A stretch of DNA of 64,000 nucleotides from Deltaproteobacteria bacterium (GTDB lineage: Bacteria > Desulfobacterota > Binatia > UBA12015): contig JAYGCM010000075.1 of NCBI GenBank assembly GCA_046583355.1, forward strand, positions 12,258-76,257. The letters run 5' to 3'. Below are positions 16,829 through 26,523 of this stretch, one piece after another. The number at the start of each line of letters is the position of its first letter. Position 1 is the first letter of the stretch. The notes under the pieces are model-generated. The model was not told the DNA's origin. It searched no databases and saw nothing but the letters and a program-made list of their open reading frames with translations. The position numbers and the translations under genes are program-made.

Positions 16829-17623
16829 CTACAGGGGGAAGCCGGTGGTGAAGGTGAAATAGCGGCCGATGAAGGCGCCTGTCAGGACGAAGATCAGCTC
16901 TATGTAGAAGAGGCCGGTGGCGGCCATGGTCTGGGGGATCTGCAGGACCCGGTAGACCAGAAACCCGATCACCAGCGCCGGTAGCGGGCCCAGTAGCGCG
17001 CGCAGCAGGACTACATTTCCGTGGCCGAGGAAATTGCCATCGCCGATGAAGACCAAGGTGGTCGCCGCCACGGCCAGGATGCCGGTCTCCAAGAGTAGGG
17101 TGCCGACGAAGAAGCGGAAGCAATTGCGGAAGGGCTCGATGTCCATGTCGATATCGATCAGATACCAATGCCCGAACCACATGCCGGTCCAGACGCCGCC
17201 CAGGACACCGGCGCCGGCAAAGCTTGTGAGAATGGCCAGAATGCTCACCAGGACGCCGAATTGGTGCGAGAGCGCCACGGCGCTCACGGCGAGGCCGAGG
17301 AAGCCGAGCAGCAATGCCAAGGGGAAGAGTCGCGCCCGGGCCAGCTCGGCCTCGCCCCAGAGGGTCGAGACATAAAGCCCCATGACGGGAAGAAAGGCGA
17401 TCCAGAGGGCGACCTCAAAGGGGCTGATCGTGCTCTCGGGGCGCGTGAAATACAGGTAGATCGTGCCGCCCGCGCCGAGCAGGGCGAAGATGAAATAGAT
17501 CGTTCCGGTTGATTTGAAGAAGCCACGCTCGACGCTGCGAAAGGGTGGGACGGCCAGCGAGAGCAGGCCGCCCACGGCGCTTTGGCAGAGAACGAGAAGA
17601 AAACAGCGAGCAAATTCGGTCAT
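16829..17623 (-). CDS. polytopic membrane protein (about 8 TM)
   Basis: Hydrophobic throughout, with conserved-looking GHWYL and AATGLFY motifs. Confidence 0.75.
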   Translation of the reverse strand: MTEFARCFLLVLCQSAVGGLLSLAVPPFRSVERGFFKSTGTIYFIFALLGAGGTIYLYFTRPESTISPFEVALWIAFLPVMGLYVSTLWGEAELARARLFPLALLLGFLGLAVSAVALSHQFGVLVSILAILTSFAGAGVLGGVWTGMWFGHWYLIDIDMDIEPFRNCFRFFVGTLLLETGILAVAATTLVFIGDGNFLGHGNVVLLRALLGPLPALVIGFLVYRVLQIPQTMAATGLFYIELIFVLTGAFIGRYFTFTTGFPL

Positions 17624-17794
17624 AGGTTTCGGGGTCCGTTCGGTGGCGCCTGCGTGGAGCAGGGCGTCTGGCCTGCTCGGGGTCTAGCGAAAACGCGTGG
17701 TGTCGCAAGGGCGGGCCTTGATCCAAGGCAGACGAGCGGGCAAGCTATCTGGACGGGCCCGGTCGCGGGCGATGGGGATGTGGGTGAGGTGAGC

Positions 17795-18352
17795 ATGGAT
17801 ACCGATAGAGGCAGAATGAATATGACGAGTTCTATAATCCGCAGTGGCGCCGGCGTGGCGCTCTCGCTTGCGCTTGTGGTGGCACCGGCGAGCGCGTGGG
17901 CAGGCAAGGTTTCCGCTGCGCCGATCGCGGCCGGCGAGGTCGTTGAGCTCGAAATCGTGGTCGATGTCGAGGATCTGATCCTCGGCGGTCCGGTCACGGC
18001 CGAGCAGGGCGCGCAGGGCCAGGACCTCGGCAAATGGTCCAATTATGCGGAACCTGGGGATCTCGTCGCGGTACCGCCCGCCGGTCCTGGTGGCGATTCG
18101 CCCAATCGCGACCGCGCGGGTCGCGCGCTGCTCTCGGTTGCCTCGGCGGTTGGCAGCATCGCCTATTTCCCGATCAAGCTCGTCATCGGCACCGCAGGTG
18201 CGTTTTTCGGCGGTGTCGCCGGTGCCCTCTCGGGCGGCGATCAGGCCACGGCCGCAGGCATCTGGAATGTCACCACGGACGGTGATTATTTTGTCAGTCC
18301 TGAAGAGATCGCCGGCGACCGCGAATTCCGTATGACCGGCGACCATCGCTAG
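17795..18352 (+). CDS. exported hypothetical protein
   Basis: RBS GAGGTG, signal peptide ending ASAWA, Gly/Ala-rich C-terminal helix. Confidence 0.6.
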   Translation: MDTDRGRMNMTSSIIRSGAGVALSLALVVAPASAWAGKVSAAPIAAGEVVELEIVVDVEDLILGGPVTAEQGAQGQDLGKWSNYAEPGDLVAVPPAGPGGDSPNRDRAGRALLSVASAVGSIAYFPIKLVIGTAGAFFGGVAGALSGGDQATAAGIWNVTTDGDYFVSPEEIAGDREFRMTGDHR

Positions 18353-18383
18353 GCGGTCGGTCACGCGGGAGTCAGGGGGGATC

Positions 18384-18956
18384 ATGCCGGGTACGACGCG
18401 ACAGGCGACCATTTTCGAGGTGCTCGATCTCGCCATCGAACTCGAGCGTCGCACCATGGAACTCTATGCCGGCTTCATGCGGGCCTTTGCCGATACGCCC
18501 GAACTGGCCGATTTCTGGTTTGGTATGGCGCGTCATGAGGCCGGGCATTGCGGGGCACTCTCCTTGGTGGAATGCCTTCTGCGTGATGAGCCCTCCACTC
18601 TCACCAAGAAGCGGGTTTCGTTTGATTCACGCACGGTGGTGCGGCTGCGCGGTCTGCTGGCGGGCTACCGCCGCGAGCTGAAGCGCGGCATTACGCCCCA
18701 GCGTGCCTTCGAGATGGCGATCGACCTGGAGGCCTCCGAACTCGAAGATGTGGTGGTGGATCTCCTCGATGTGGTACCTGATGCCGGGCGGCGCTCGCAG
18801 GCCGCGCGGATGCTCACCCATGATCTCGGCGACCTGAGTTATATGATCGAGAAGCATACCAACGACGATGCGCTTCTTGCCCGAGCCGATGCGCTTTTCG
18901 AGCGGCGCAGGGCGATGCCGCGCCCCGCGAGCGCCCCGGCGCCTTCCGGCCATTGA
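18384..18956 (+). CDS. ferritin-like / rubrerythrin-domain protein
   Basis: AIELE...LY...MARHEAGH...AIDLE di-iron-type pattern. Confidence 0.7.
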   Translation: MPGTTRQATIFEVLDLAIELERRTMELYAGFMRAFADTPELADFWFGMARHEAGHCGALSLVECLLRDEPSTLTKKRVSFDSRTVVRLRGLLAGYRRELKRGITPQRAFEMAIDLEASELEDVVVDLLDVVPDAGRRSQAARMLTHDLGDLSYMIEKHTNDDALLARADALFERRRAMPRPASAPAPSGH

Positions 18957-19213
18957 GCCGGCGCCTTCAAGGCGCTGCTTGTCGGTCGGATCTCTACTCG
19001 GGGAGGGGAAAGTCGTGGATGGGCGCGGCCTCGACGAAGACGGAGGGGAATTCATTGCGCTCTGCGGATCTCTCTTCTGCTTGCGCAAATGCCGTGCCGG
19101 CCGTTTTCCCTCGGTCCAAGGCGAATTCGGTTGGTGGAGGCGTTGCATCGGTCGCGAAGTGGCGAAATCTCGCCGCCACGGCGCAAGGGGCGCCACCGAT
19201 TGCAGGGCTCCTG

Positions 19214-20236
19214 ATGGCACAGTATTCCCATCGAGTGTCGAAAATCGGAGCAGAAGCAGTGGCGAAGGCCTGCGCGAATGTCGCGCTCGTCAAGTATTGG
19301 GGCAAAAGGGATGCAGCAGCAAACCTTCCGGCCGTCGGCAGTATCTCGCTGACGCTGGCCGGGCTTGTGGCCTCGGCGCGGGTGGGGCCTGCCGCAGGGG
19401 CGCGGTTTTCGAGCGCGGGCGAGGCCATTGGCGGCACAGCCCATGCGCGCATGGTCGAGTTCCTCGATTGGCTGAGTAGCGCCTACGGTGAGGGGGCCGC
19501 GCTTGGTGCGGATATCGATGTGAATTTCCCCGTGGCGGCGGGCCTGGCTTCGTCGGCGGCGATTTATTGCGCGGTCGCCACGGCGGCACTTTCCGTGGTC
19601 GGCGCTCGCGTCTCGCGCCGCGAGCTCTCCACGATCGCGCGGCGCGGTTCGGGTTCGGCTTCGCGCTCGGTCTTCGGAGGCCTGGTCGAATGGCATATCG
19701 GCACGCGCGAGGACGGGACAGACTCCGATGCCGAGCCTCTCCTGGGTCCGGCGGAGTGGGATATCGGCATGGTGGTTGCCGTACTCGACGAGGGCAAAAA
19801 GAAGACCTCGTCGCGCGATGCCATGGACCATGTGGCGGCGACCTCGCCGCTCTATCCGGCCTGGCTGGAATCGCAGGAAAGCGATTTGCTGGCGATGCGC
19901 ACGGCGATCGCGGCGCGCGACCTGGCCGCGGTGGGGCGCATCACAGAGGAAAATACGCTGCGGATGCATGCCATCACGCTCGCGGCTCGGCCCGCTGTCA
20001 TCTATTGGAAGCCGGCGACTTTGCGCGTCATGCATGCAGTTCATGCAATGCGCGAAGAAGGCATCCCGGCCTTCTTCACGATGGACGCCGGGCCCCAGGT
20101 GAAGGTGCTCACCGCGGGCTCCGAGCTGGCACGGGTCGGCGCGCGACTGGCCGCGCTCCCCGGTGTCGTGCGGGTGATCGAAGCGCGTCCGGGTGAAGGC
20201 GTTACGATGGTGCAGGGGGACGCCCCTTGGAGGTAG
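19214..20236 (+). CDS. mvaD: diphosphomevalonate decarboxylase
   Basis: ANVALVKYWGKRD, NFPVAAGLASSA, RRGSGSASRS and TMDAGP motifs. The start is uncertain. Confidence 0.92.
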   Translation: MAQYSHRVSKIGAEAVAKACANVALVKYWGKRDAAANLPAVGSISLTLAGLVASARVGPAAGARFSSAGEAIGGTAHARMVEFLDWLSSAYGEGAALGADIDVNFPVAAGLASSAAIYCAVATAALSVVGARVSRRELSTIARRGSGSASRSVFGGLVEWHIGTREDGTDSDAEPLLGPAEWDIGMVVAVLDEGKKKTSSRDAMDHVAATSPLYPAWLESQESDLLAMRTAIAARDLAAVGRITEENTLRMHAITLAARPAVIYWKPATLRVMHAVHAMREEGIPAFFTMDAGPQVKVLTAGSELARVGARLAALPGVVRVIEARPGEGVTMVQGDAPWR

Positions 20237-21312
20237 TCGCGAGTGCTCCTGGTAAGCTCTTCGTGCTGGGCGAATACGGGGTGCTTGCGGGCGGCTGCGC
20301 GATTGTCGCGGCAACCGAGCGTCGCCTTGGCTGTCGCCTGCTGGTGGGTGCCGGTGCCGCTACCTTGCGGGTCGAGCGAGGCGGCGAGAGTTTCGCAGTC
20401 GCGCCGGAATTCGAGCGGGTCAGCGAGATCCCCGAACGCCATCGTTTTGCCTTGATAGCGCTCCTGGTGGCAACGCGTGCCTGCGGCATGCGCACGGGTT
20501 CGTATATTCTGCGCCCCGGCGAGAACCTCGATCAGGGTGCGGCCAAGGTCGGCCTTGGTGGGAGTGCGGCGATTACCGCCGCGGTATTCGCTGCGGTAGC
20601 GGCTCTGCCGGATGCCATGGCCTTGCGCGACCCGATGCGGCGCGCCCACCTGGCTTTGCAGGCCCATCGCCTCGCCCAGGGCGGCGGCTCGGGCGCCGAT
20701 GTCATTACCGCGACACTGGGCGGGCTTCTCTATATTCCTGGAGTAGGGACGGCGGCCGCGCCCGCCGACGTCGGCGGGGCGTTGCAGGCTGCTACCTCGG
20801 CGCTGCGTGTCGAGAAAATCCAGCTACCCCCAGGGCTCGCCCTGGAGGCCGTGGCGAGCGGTCGCCCGGCGCGTAGCGGTCCGCGTGCCCAACGCTTTGG
20901 CGAGGCCCTGGCAGGGCACGCCTGGCTCGGAGCGCCGGGTGCCGAGTTGCTGGGGGATTGGGTCGGGGCGATGGCGGATGCGACCAACGCTCTGCGTGCG
21001 GCCTGTCTCGAAGGCGCGGCCGATGCGGCGCTTGCGGCCCTGCGCCAAGGCCGGGAGCTTTTCCGAATTCTCCCGGCACTCAGCGGGATTCCGGTCTGGA
21101 CGCGTGAGTTGCGCCGCATTGACCAGCACCTTGGCGCGCTACCGGCGGCGGTCAAGCCCTCGGGTGCCGGTGGTGGCGATTGTGCGATCGCGCTTCTGCC
21201 GACCTCGCATCGCGACCACTGGCGTGCAAAAGCAGCGCAGGCAGGCTTTGCCTCGGTCGCGCTGGCCGAGGCGGGCGAGGGTGCCTCCGCCCGAATCGAA
21301 AGAATATCATGA
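20227..21312 (+). CDS. mvaK2: phosphomevalonate kinase (GHMP family)
   Basis: SAPGKLFVLGEY, KVGLGGSAA, GSGAD and KPSGAGGGDC motifs. Confidence 0.85.
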   Translation: MEVVASAPGKLFVLGEYGVLAGGCAIVAATERRLGCRLLVGAGAATLRVERGGESFAVAPEFERVSEIPERHRFALIALLVATRACGMRTGSYILRPGENLDQGAAKVGLGGSAAITAAVFAAVAALPDAMALRDPMRRAHLALQAHRLAQGGGSGADVITATLGGLLYIPGVGTAAAPADVGGALQAATSALRVEKIQLPPGLALEAVASGRPARSGPRAQRFGEALAGHAWLGAPGAELLGDWVGAMADATNALRAACLEGAADAALAALRQGRELFRILPALSGIPVWTRELRRIDQHLGALPAAVKPSGAGGGDCAIALLPTSHRDHWRAKAAQAGFASVALAEAGEGASARIERIS

Positions 21313-22391
21313 CGCGTAGAGTGAAACCCACTGAGGCCGACCTCATAGCCGAGCGCAAGCAGGCGCATCTTGATCTCTGTCTGCGCGAGGACGTCGGCGC
21401 GGCGACCAAGACGACCCTTCTCGAAGAAGTCGAACTGGTGCACGAGGCGCTTCCGGACCTGGGGTTTGATACGCTTGATATCCGGCGCCAATGGCTGGGC
21501 AAGGAGCTGGCCGCACCGCTGGTGATTACGGGTATGACGGGAGGCACGCGACAGGCCTTCGCGGTGAACCGCGACCTGGCCCGCATTGCCGAGGGAAAGG
21601 GCATCGCCTTCGGCGTCGGCAGCCAGCGTGCGATGCAGACCCGGCCGGATTCGGCTTGGACCTATGAGGTACGCAAGCACGCCCCGACAGCCATATTGCT
21701 GGCGAATATCGGACTCGGCCAGGCACGCACGATGAAGCTTGACGAATTCCGCGCCCTGGTAGAGGCGCTGGGCGCCGACGCGCTCTGCCTGCATTTGAAC
21801 GTCGGACAGGAAATGATTCAGCCCGAGGGTGACCGTGCCTTCGAGGGTGGTCTCGCGACCTTTCGCCGTCTTTGCCGCGGTCTCGAGGTTCCGGTGATCG
21901 CCAAGGAGACCGGCTGCGGGATTTCGCAGACGACGGCGCTGCGTCTCAAGCGTGCTGGTGTGCGGCATCTCGATGTTTCCGGCGCCGGCGGAACCTCGTG
22001 GATTCGCATCGAAGCATTGCGTGACGACTCGGACGAAGGGCCGGGTGCGGTTTTTCGCGATTGGGGGATCCCGACCGCCGGCAGCTTGCTGCAAGTGCGC
22101 CGGCTGGGTCTGACGACGATTGCCAGCGGCGGTATCCGCAGCGGCCTCGATGTTGCGCGCGCGATCGCCTTGGGCGCGTCGCTGGCGGGCGTCGCGCTGC
22201 CGGTTTATCAGGCCTACCGCAATGGCGGCGTGGCGGCGGCGGGGGCCTGGATCGACCGCCTGATCCACGAACTCAAGATCGCGATGCTGCTCACGGGCAG
22301 CAAGGATCTGGCTCGGCTTGGCCGAGCGGCGCAGATTCTCGGGCCTCGTCTGCAGGCCTGGGAACCCCGCAACCCGCGAAAGACAAAATGA
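21309..22391 (+). CDS. fni: type 2 isopentenyl-diphosphate isomerase
   Basis: RKQAHL, TGMTGG, GSQRA, KETGCG, GAGGTSW and SGGIRSG motifs. Confidence 0.93.
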   Translation: MTRRVKPTEADLIAERKQAHLDLCLREDVGAATKTTLLEEVELVHEALPDLGFDTLDIRRQWLGKELAAPLVITGMTGGTRQAFAVNRDLARIAEGKGIAFGVGSQRAMQTRPDSAWTYEVRKHAPTAILLANIGLGQARTMKLDEFRALVEALGADALCLHLNVGQEMIQPEGDRAFEGGLATFRRLCRGLEVPVIAKETGCGISQTTALRLKRAGVRHLDVSGAGGTSWIRIEALRDDSDEGPGAVFRDWGIPTAGSLLQVRRLGLTTIASGGIRSGLDVARAIALGASLAGVALPVYQAYRNGGVAAAGAWIDRLIHELKIAMLLTGSKDLARLGRAAQILGPRLQAWEPRNPRKTK

Positions 22392-23698
22392 GCAAGAAGA
22401 GAAAATCACGGATCGCAGGGTTTCATCGTCTCGAGGTGGCCGCGCGCCAGGCCGAGATCGTGCGGCTGTGGAATCTGGATGCCGACGATCATGCCGCGCT
22501 GCGCGACGAGGCGCCGCTGCCGCTCGCGCGCGCAGCCGGCCTCTCCGAGAATACCATCGGCGTCTATGCGCTCCCTTTGGGAGTTGCGCTGAATTTTGTC
22601 GTCAATGGCAAAGAGATTCTCGTGCCCATGGTCACCGAAGAACCCTCGGTGGTGGCGGCGGCCTCCAACGCGGCGCGCCTGGCGCGGCCCGGCGGCGGCT
22701 TCCGTGCCGAGGCGGACGCCTCGCAAATGATTGCGCAGATTCAATTGGTGGACGTCGCGGACCCCGAGGCTGCGTGTGCTCGGATCGACGCGGCTCGCGA
22801 GCAATTGATGGCACGCATCGACGAGGTCGCACCAGGGATGGCGCGGCGTGGTGGCGGTGCGCGCGGTGTTGACGCACGCATTGTCAAAGCGCCGCTCGAT
22901 CATACCTTCGTTGTGGTGCATCTCCATGTGGAGGTAGGCGACGCGATGGGCGCCAATGCGATCAATACCATTGCCGAAGAACTCTCAGACGAGATCGCGA
23001 TGCTGGCAGGCGGTGTGGCACATTTCCGCATTCTCTCGAACCTCTCGGACGGCCGATTGGCGCGCGCCGAGGTGCGTTATTCCTTTGCGGCCCTGACTCT
23101 GCCCGAGCGTCCTGGGGCGCAGGTCGCCCGGGCCATCGAGTTGGGGAGCCTCTTTGCCGAGGCCGATCCCTATCGCGCGACGACGCATAATAAGGGGATC
23201 ATGAACGGCATCGATGCGGTTGCGCTGGCAACCGGCAACGATTGGCGGGCATTGGAGGCTGGTGCGCATGCGTTTGCCGCGCGCGCCGGCCGCTACACGG
23301 CGCTCTCGACCTGGCGTGTAGAGGGCGAGGCGTTGGTCGGGCGCATCGAGTTGCCGCTGGCGGTGGGGACTGTGGGTGCGACGGTCGATGGAAACCCGCG
23401 CGCGCGGCTCGCCTTGCGTCTGCTTTCCACGACTGATGCCCGCGAATTGGCGGGCATCCTCGCTGCCGTCGGGTTGGCGCAGAATTTCGGCGCGCTGCGG
23501 GCTCTTGCCACCGAAGGCATCCAGAAGGGGCATATGTCCCGCCATGCACGCGCGGTCGCGTCCGGTGCCGGTGTGCCGCCGGAACGGGTCGAGGAGGTCG
23601 CTGAGATGCTGATCGCAGCCGGCGATATCAAGGTAGAAAATGCCAAGCGAATTTTCGCCGAGCATTGGCCCGATGCCGCCGCGGAAAATGGCTCTTGA
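22388..23698 (+). CDS. mvaA: class II HMG-CoA reductase
   Basis: ENTIG, TEEPSVVAA, DAMGAN, THNKGIMNGID and GIQKGHM motifs. Confidence 0.93.
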   Translation: MSKKRKSRIAGFHRLEVAARQAEIVRLWNLDADDHAALRDEAPLPLARAAGLSENTIGVYALPLGVALNFVVNGKEILVPMVTEEPSVVAAASNAARLARPGGGFRAEADASQMIAQIQLVDVADPEAACARIDAAREQLMARIDEVAPGMARRGGGARGVDARIVKAPLDHTFVVVHLHVEVGDAMGANAINTIAEELSDEIAMLAGGVAHFRILSNLSDGRLARAEVRYSFAALTLPERPGAQVARAIELGSLFAEADPYRATTHNKGIMNGIDAVALATGNDWRALEAGAHAFAARAGRYTALSTWRVEGEALVGRIELPLAVGTVGATVDGNPRARLALRLLSTTDARELAGILAAVGLAQNFGALRALATEGIQKGHMSRHARAVASGAGVPPERVEEVAEMLIAAGDIKVENAKRIFAEHWPDAAAENGS

Positions 23699-24621
23699 GC
23701 AGCGCGTTTGATTTCGCCGCCGCGTCGGGGCGTGGCCATGGCAAGATCATTTTGCTCGGCGAACACGCCGTCGTGCACGGCCGTCCGGCTCTCGCCGCCG
23801 GCCTCCCGCAGGGCGTAGATATTCGGTTGCTTGGCGCTGGGCCGGGTGAACGCCGTGTCCCGGCCGGTGTCGATGCGCGGCTCGAAGAGGTGCTGCGTCT
23901 CGCCGCGCGTCTCGGCGGCCTGCCCGACGAACTTGGCTTGGCCTTGCAGATCGAAGGCGACCTGCCGATTGCCGTCGGCCTCGGCAGTTCGGCTGCTCTG
24001 GCGGTGGCCTTGGTGCGCGCGCTCGCGGCCGGCAGCTCGGAAGCTCTTGACGATACGCAGGTGGCCGCGCGGGCCAATCAGATCGAAGCGATCTTTCATG
24101 GGCGCCCCTCGGGGATCGATGTGACGACAGCCGCGCGCGGTGGCGTGCTGCACTTTCGCATGGGCCCGCCGCTAGAGCATCGTATGCTCGCCTTGGGACG
24201 CTCGCTGGATTTCCTGCTGATCGACACCGGCACGCAACACTCGACCGCGACGACGGTCGGCTCGCTCGCCGAGCGTGCTGCCGCGTCGCCGGCGACGCAT
24301 GCACCGCTTTTCGATGCGATTGGCACGCTTGCCGAGTTTGCGGAAACCTGTCTGCTCCACGGTGAGGTGCACGGCCTCGGCGAAGCGATGACGATGAACC
24401 ACGGCCTTCTGCGTACGCTCGGTGTCTCGACCGAAGAGCTCGATGCTGCTGTGGCTGCTGCACTCGCTTGCGGTGCTTTGGGGGCCAAGCTGACGGGGGC
24501 AGGCGGCGGCGGCGTGGTGCTGGCCCTTTTGGGCCCCGAGAGTGAGGGACTCGCCGAGGCGTTGGCGGCGCGCGGCTATACCACTCGTACGGCGCGGCTT
24601 GCAGCCGGCGCCGCGGCGTGA
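23695..24621 (+). CDS. mvk: mevalonate kinase
   Basis: GKIILLGEHAVVHG, GLGSSAA, FHGRPSGID and KLTGAGGGG motifs. Confidence 0.9.
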   Translation: MSSAFDFAAASGRGHGKIILLGEHAVVHGRPALAAGLPQGVDIRLLGAGPGERRVPAGVDARLEEVLRLAARLGGLPDELGLALQIEGDLPIAVGLGSSAALAVALVRALAAGSSEALDDTQVAARANQIEAIFHGRPSGIDVTTAARGGVLHFRMGPPLEHRMLALGRSLDFLLIDTGTQHSTATTVGSLAERAAASPATHAPLFDAIGTLAEFAETCLLHGEVHGLGEAMTMNHGLLRTLGVSTEELDAAVAAALACGALGAKLTGAGGGGVVLALLGPESEGLAEALAARGYTTRTARLAAGAAA

Positions 24622-24634
24622 TTGCGAGGACACG

Positions 24635-24835
24635 ATGGGCAAACGCGGCAAGGCAGCGAAGAAAGCGGAAGCGCAAGGGCGGCCGCCAGAGGCTTGGGTT
24701 TTGCCCAGCGTCGTCGTGGTGAGCGCGGTGGTTCTCGTCACCGCAGCGACCACCGACCAATGGCGCGGCGCCTTCATGACCGAGATCCAGATTCTTGTCG
24801 TCGGGGCCGCCGCGTGGTGGGGCCTGCGGCGCTGA
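24635..24835 (+). CDS. small two-TM membrane protein
   Basis: RBS GAGGA, basic N-terminus and two hydrophobic segments. Confidence 0.55.
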   Translation: MGKRGKAAKKAEAQGRPPEAWVLPSVVVVSAVVLVTAATTDQWRGAFMTEIQILVVGAAAWWGLRR

Positions 24836-24981
24836 AGACGGGGCAGTAGCGCCGCAATCGACTCTTGGAGGCCCCTTTTTAACTTCGGCAGGACTTCGCT
24901 TCGGGGCGTGTGGAAGGCCCCGCAGTGCTCTGCTAACTCAGTGGCGGTGCTTCCGCGCAATTCGGGGGCCCTTATACCCTG

Positions 24982-26523
24982 ATGAACGAAGAAATAGTTG
25001 AAGTTCCGAATATTCCCGTAGCTACCCACCGAGCAGATGACGTCGAAGAGGTCCGTTTTGCGGACCTCGGCCTGCCGGAGGAAATTCAAGCGGGAATCGA
25101 TACGGCCGGGTTCGAGTTCTGTACCCCGATCCAGGCCAAAACCCTGCCGATTACTCTCGGTGGCAAGGACGTCGCGGGCCAGGCCCAGACGGGCACAGGC
25201 AAGACGGCTGCTTTTCTGATCAGCGTCTTCGCGCGCCTGCTGGCCAATAAGCGCGAGCGCCGAAAAGGCGCGCCTCGTGCCCTGGTGATCGCACCAACCC
25301 GCGAACTTGCCGTGCAAATCGGCAAGGACGCCATGGAACTCGGCGCCAACTGCGGTTTCTCGATTCAGGTCGTGTACGGCGGCGTCGACTACCGCAAGCA
25401 GCGCGAGGAACTGGCCGAGGAAGTCGATATTCTGATCGGTACGCCTGGACGGCTGATCGATTATTATAAACAGCGGGTCTACACGCTCGACGCAATCGAG
25501 ACCGTGGTGGTCGACGAAGCCGATCGCATGTTCGATATGGGCTTCATTCAGGACCTTCGCTTCTTGTTGGGCGGTTGCCCGCCGCCTGCCGAACGCCAAT
25601 CCCTGCTCTTTTCGGCCACGCTTTCCTATGCCGTCATGGAGCTCGCTTTTGTCTTCATGAACGATGCAGTCAAGATCGAAATTGAGCCGGATCAGGTCAC
25701 GGCAGCGAATGTAAAGCATGTGCTCTACCACGTCGGGCAGGACGAGAAATTCCCGACCCTCTTCGGTGTATTGAAGGCCGAAGGTCCCGAGCGCACCCTG
25801 ATTTTCACCAATATGAAGCGGATGGCCGACGATATTGTTCGGACGTTGGAGCTCAATGGCTACCATGCCGAGCAGATCACGGGCGATATCGACCAGCGCA
25901 AGCGCGAGCGTATTCTGGAAGAGTTCCGCGCCGGCTCGGTGCCGATTCTGGTCGCGACGGATGTGGCCTCGCGTGGCCTGCATATCGAAAACGTCACGCA
26001 TGTGATCAACTTCGACCTGCCGCTTGACGCCGAAGATTACGTCCATCGCGTCGGTCGCACCGCGCGCGCGGGTGCCTCGGGCACGGCGATTTCACTTGCC
26101 TGTGAGCGTTACGTTGAGGGGCTCGAGGCGATTGAGAAATTCGTCGGCTTCAAATTGCCCTTCGATTTCCCCGACGAGAGTATGCTCCTGGACTTCAAGC
26201 GTGCGCCGCGGCGCCCCTTCCGCAAGAAGGGCCCCGGCGGTGGCAGCGGGCGTGGCGGTCGCAGCGGCGACGGGCGTGGCCGCAGTGATGGCCGTGGACG
26301 CAGCGATGGTCGCGGGCGTAGCAGCGATTCGCGTGGTCGCGGGCGCAGCGACGAGCGCCGCACCTCGGGCTCTTCGAGCTCGGGTGGTGGCGAGGCCAAA
26401 GCCGCAGGCGCAACGGCCGAGAAGCGTACGGGTGACGAGCCCGGCAAAAAGCGTCGTCGGCGCCGCTGGACCAATGATTCCGAGGGCGCGCCGGTAGCGA
26501 GCAAGGGCGAATCGGCCGAGTGA
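24982..26523 (+). CDS. rhlB: DEAD-box RNA helicase (RhlB-like) with GRGRSD-repeat tail
   Basis: AQTGTGKT, PTRELA, DEAD, SAT and HRVGRTAR motifs. Confidence 0.88.
   Translation: MNEEIVEVPNIPVATHRADDVEEVRFADLGLPEEIQAGIDTAGFEFCTPIQAKTLPITLGGKDVAGQAQTGTGKTAAFLISVFARLLANKRERRKGAPRALVIAPTRELAVQIGKDAMELGANCGFSIQVVYGGVDYRKQREELAEEVDILIGTPGRLIDYYKQRVYTLDAIETVVVDEADRMFDMGFIQDLRFLLGGCPPPAERQSLLFSATLSYAVMELAFVFMNDAVKIEIEPDQVTAANVKHVLYHVGQDEKFPTLFGVLKAEGPERTLIFTNMKRMADDIVRTLELNGYHAEQITGDIDQRKRERILEEFRAGSVPILVATDVASRGLHIENVTHVINFDLPLDAEDYVHRVGRTARAGASGTAISLACERYVEGLEAIEKFVGFKLPFDFPDESMLLDFKRAPRRPFRKKGPGGGSGRGGRSGDGRGRSDGRGRSDGRGRSSDSRGRGRSDERRTSGSSSSGGGEAKAAGATAEKRTGDEPGKKRRRRRWTNDSEGAPVASKGESAE

Noticed and set aside
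18953..19213. 87-codon N-terminal extension of MvaD in the ORF track
   Set aside because: Family similarity begins near ANVALVKYWGK, so the extension looks like open intergenic sequence.
26239..26400. GRGRSD degenerate repeats
   Set aside because: Ordinary low-complexity tail of a DEAD-box helicase.
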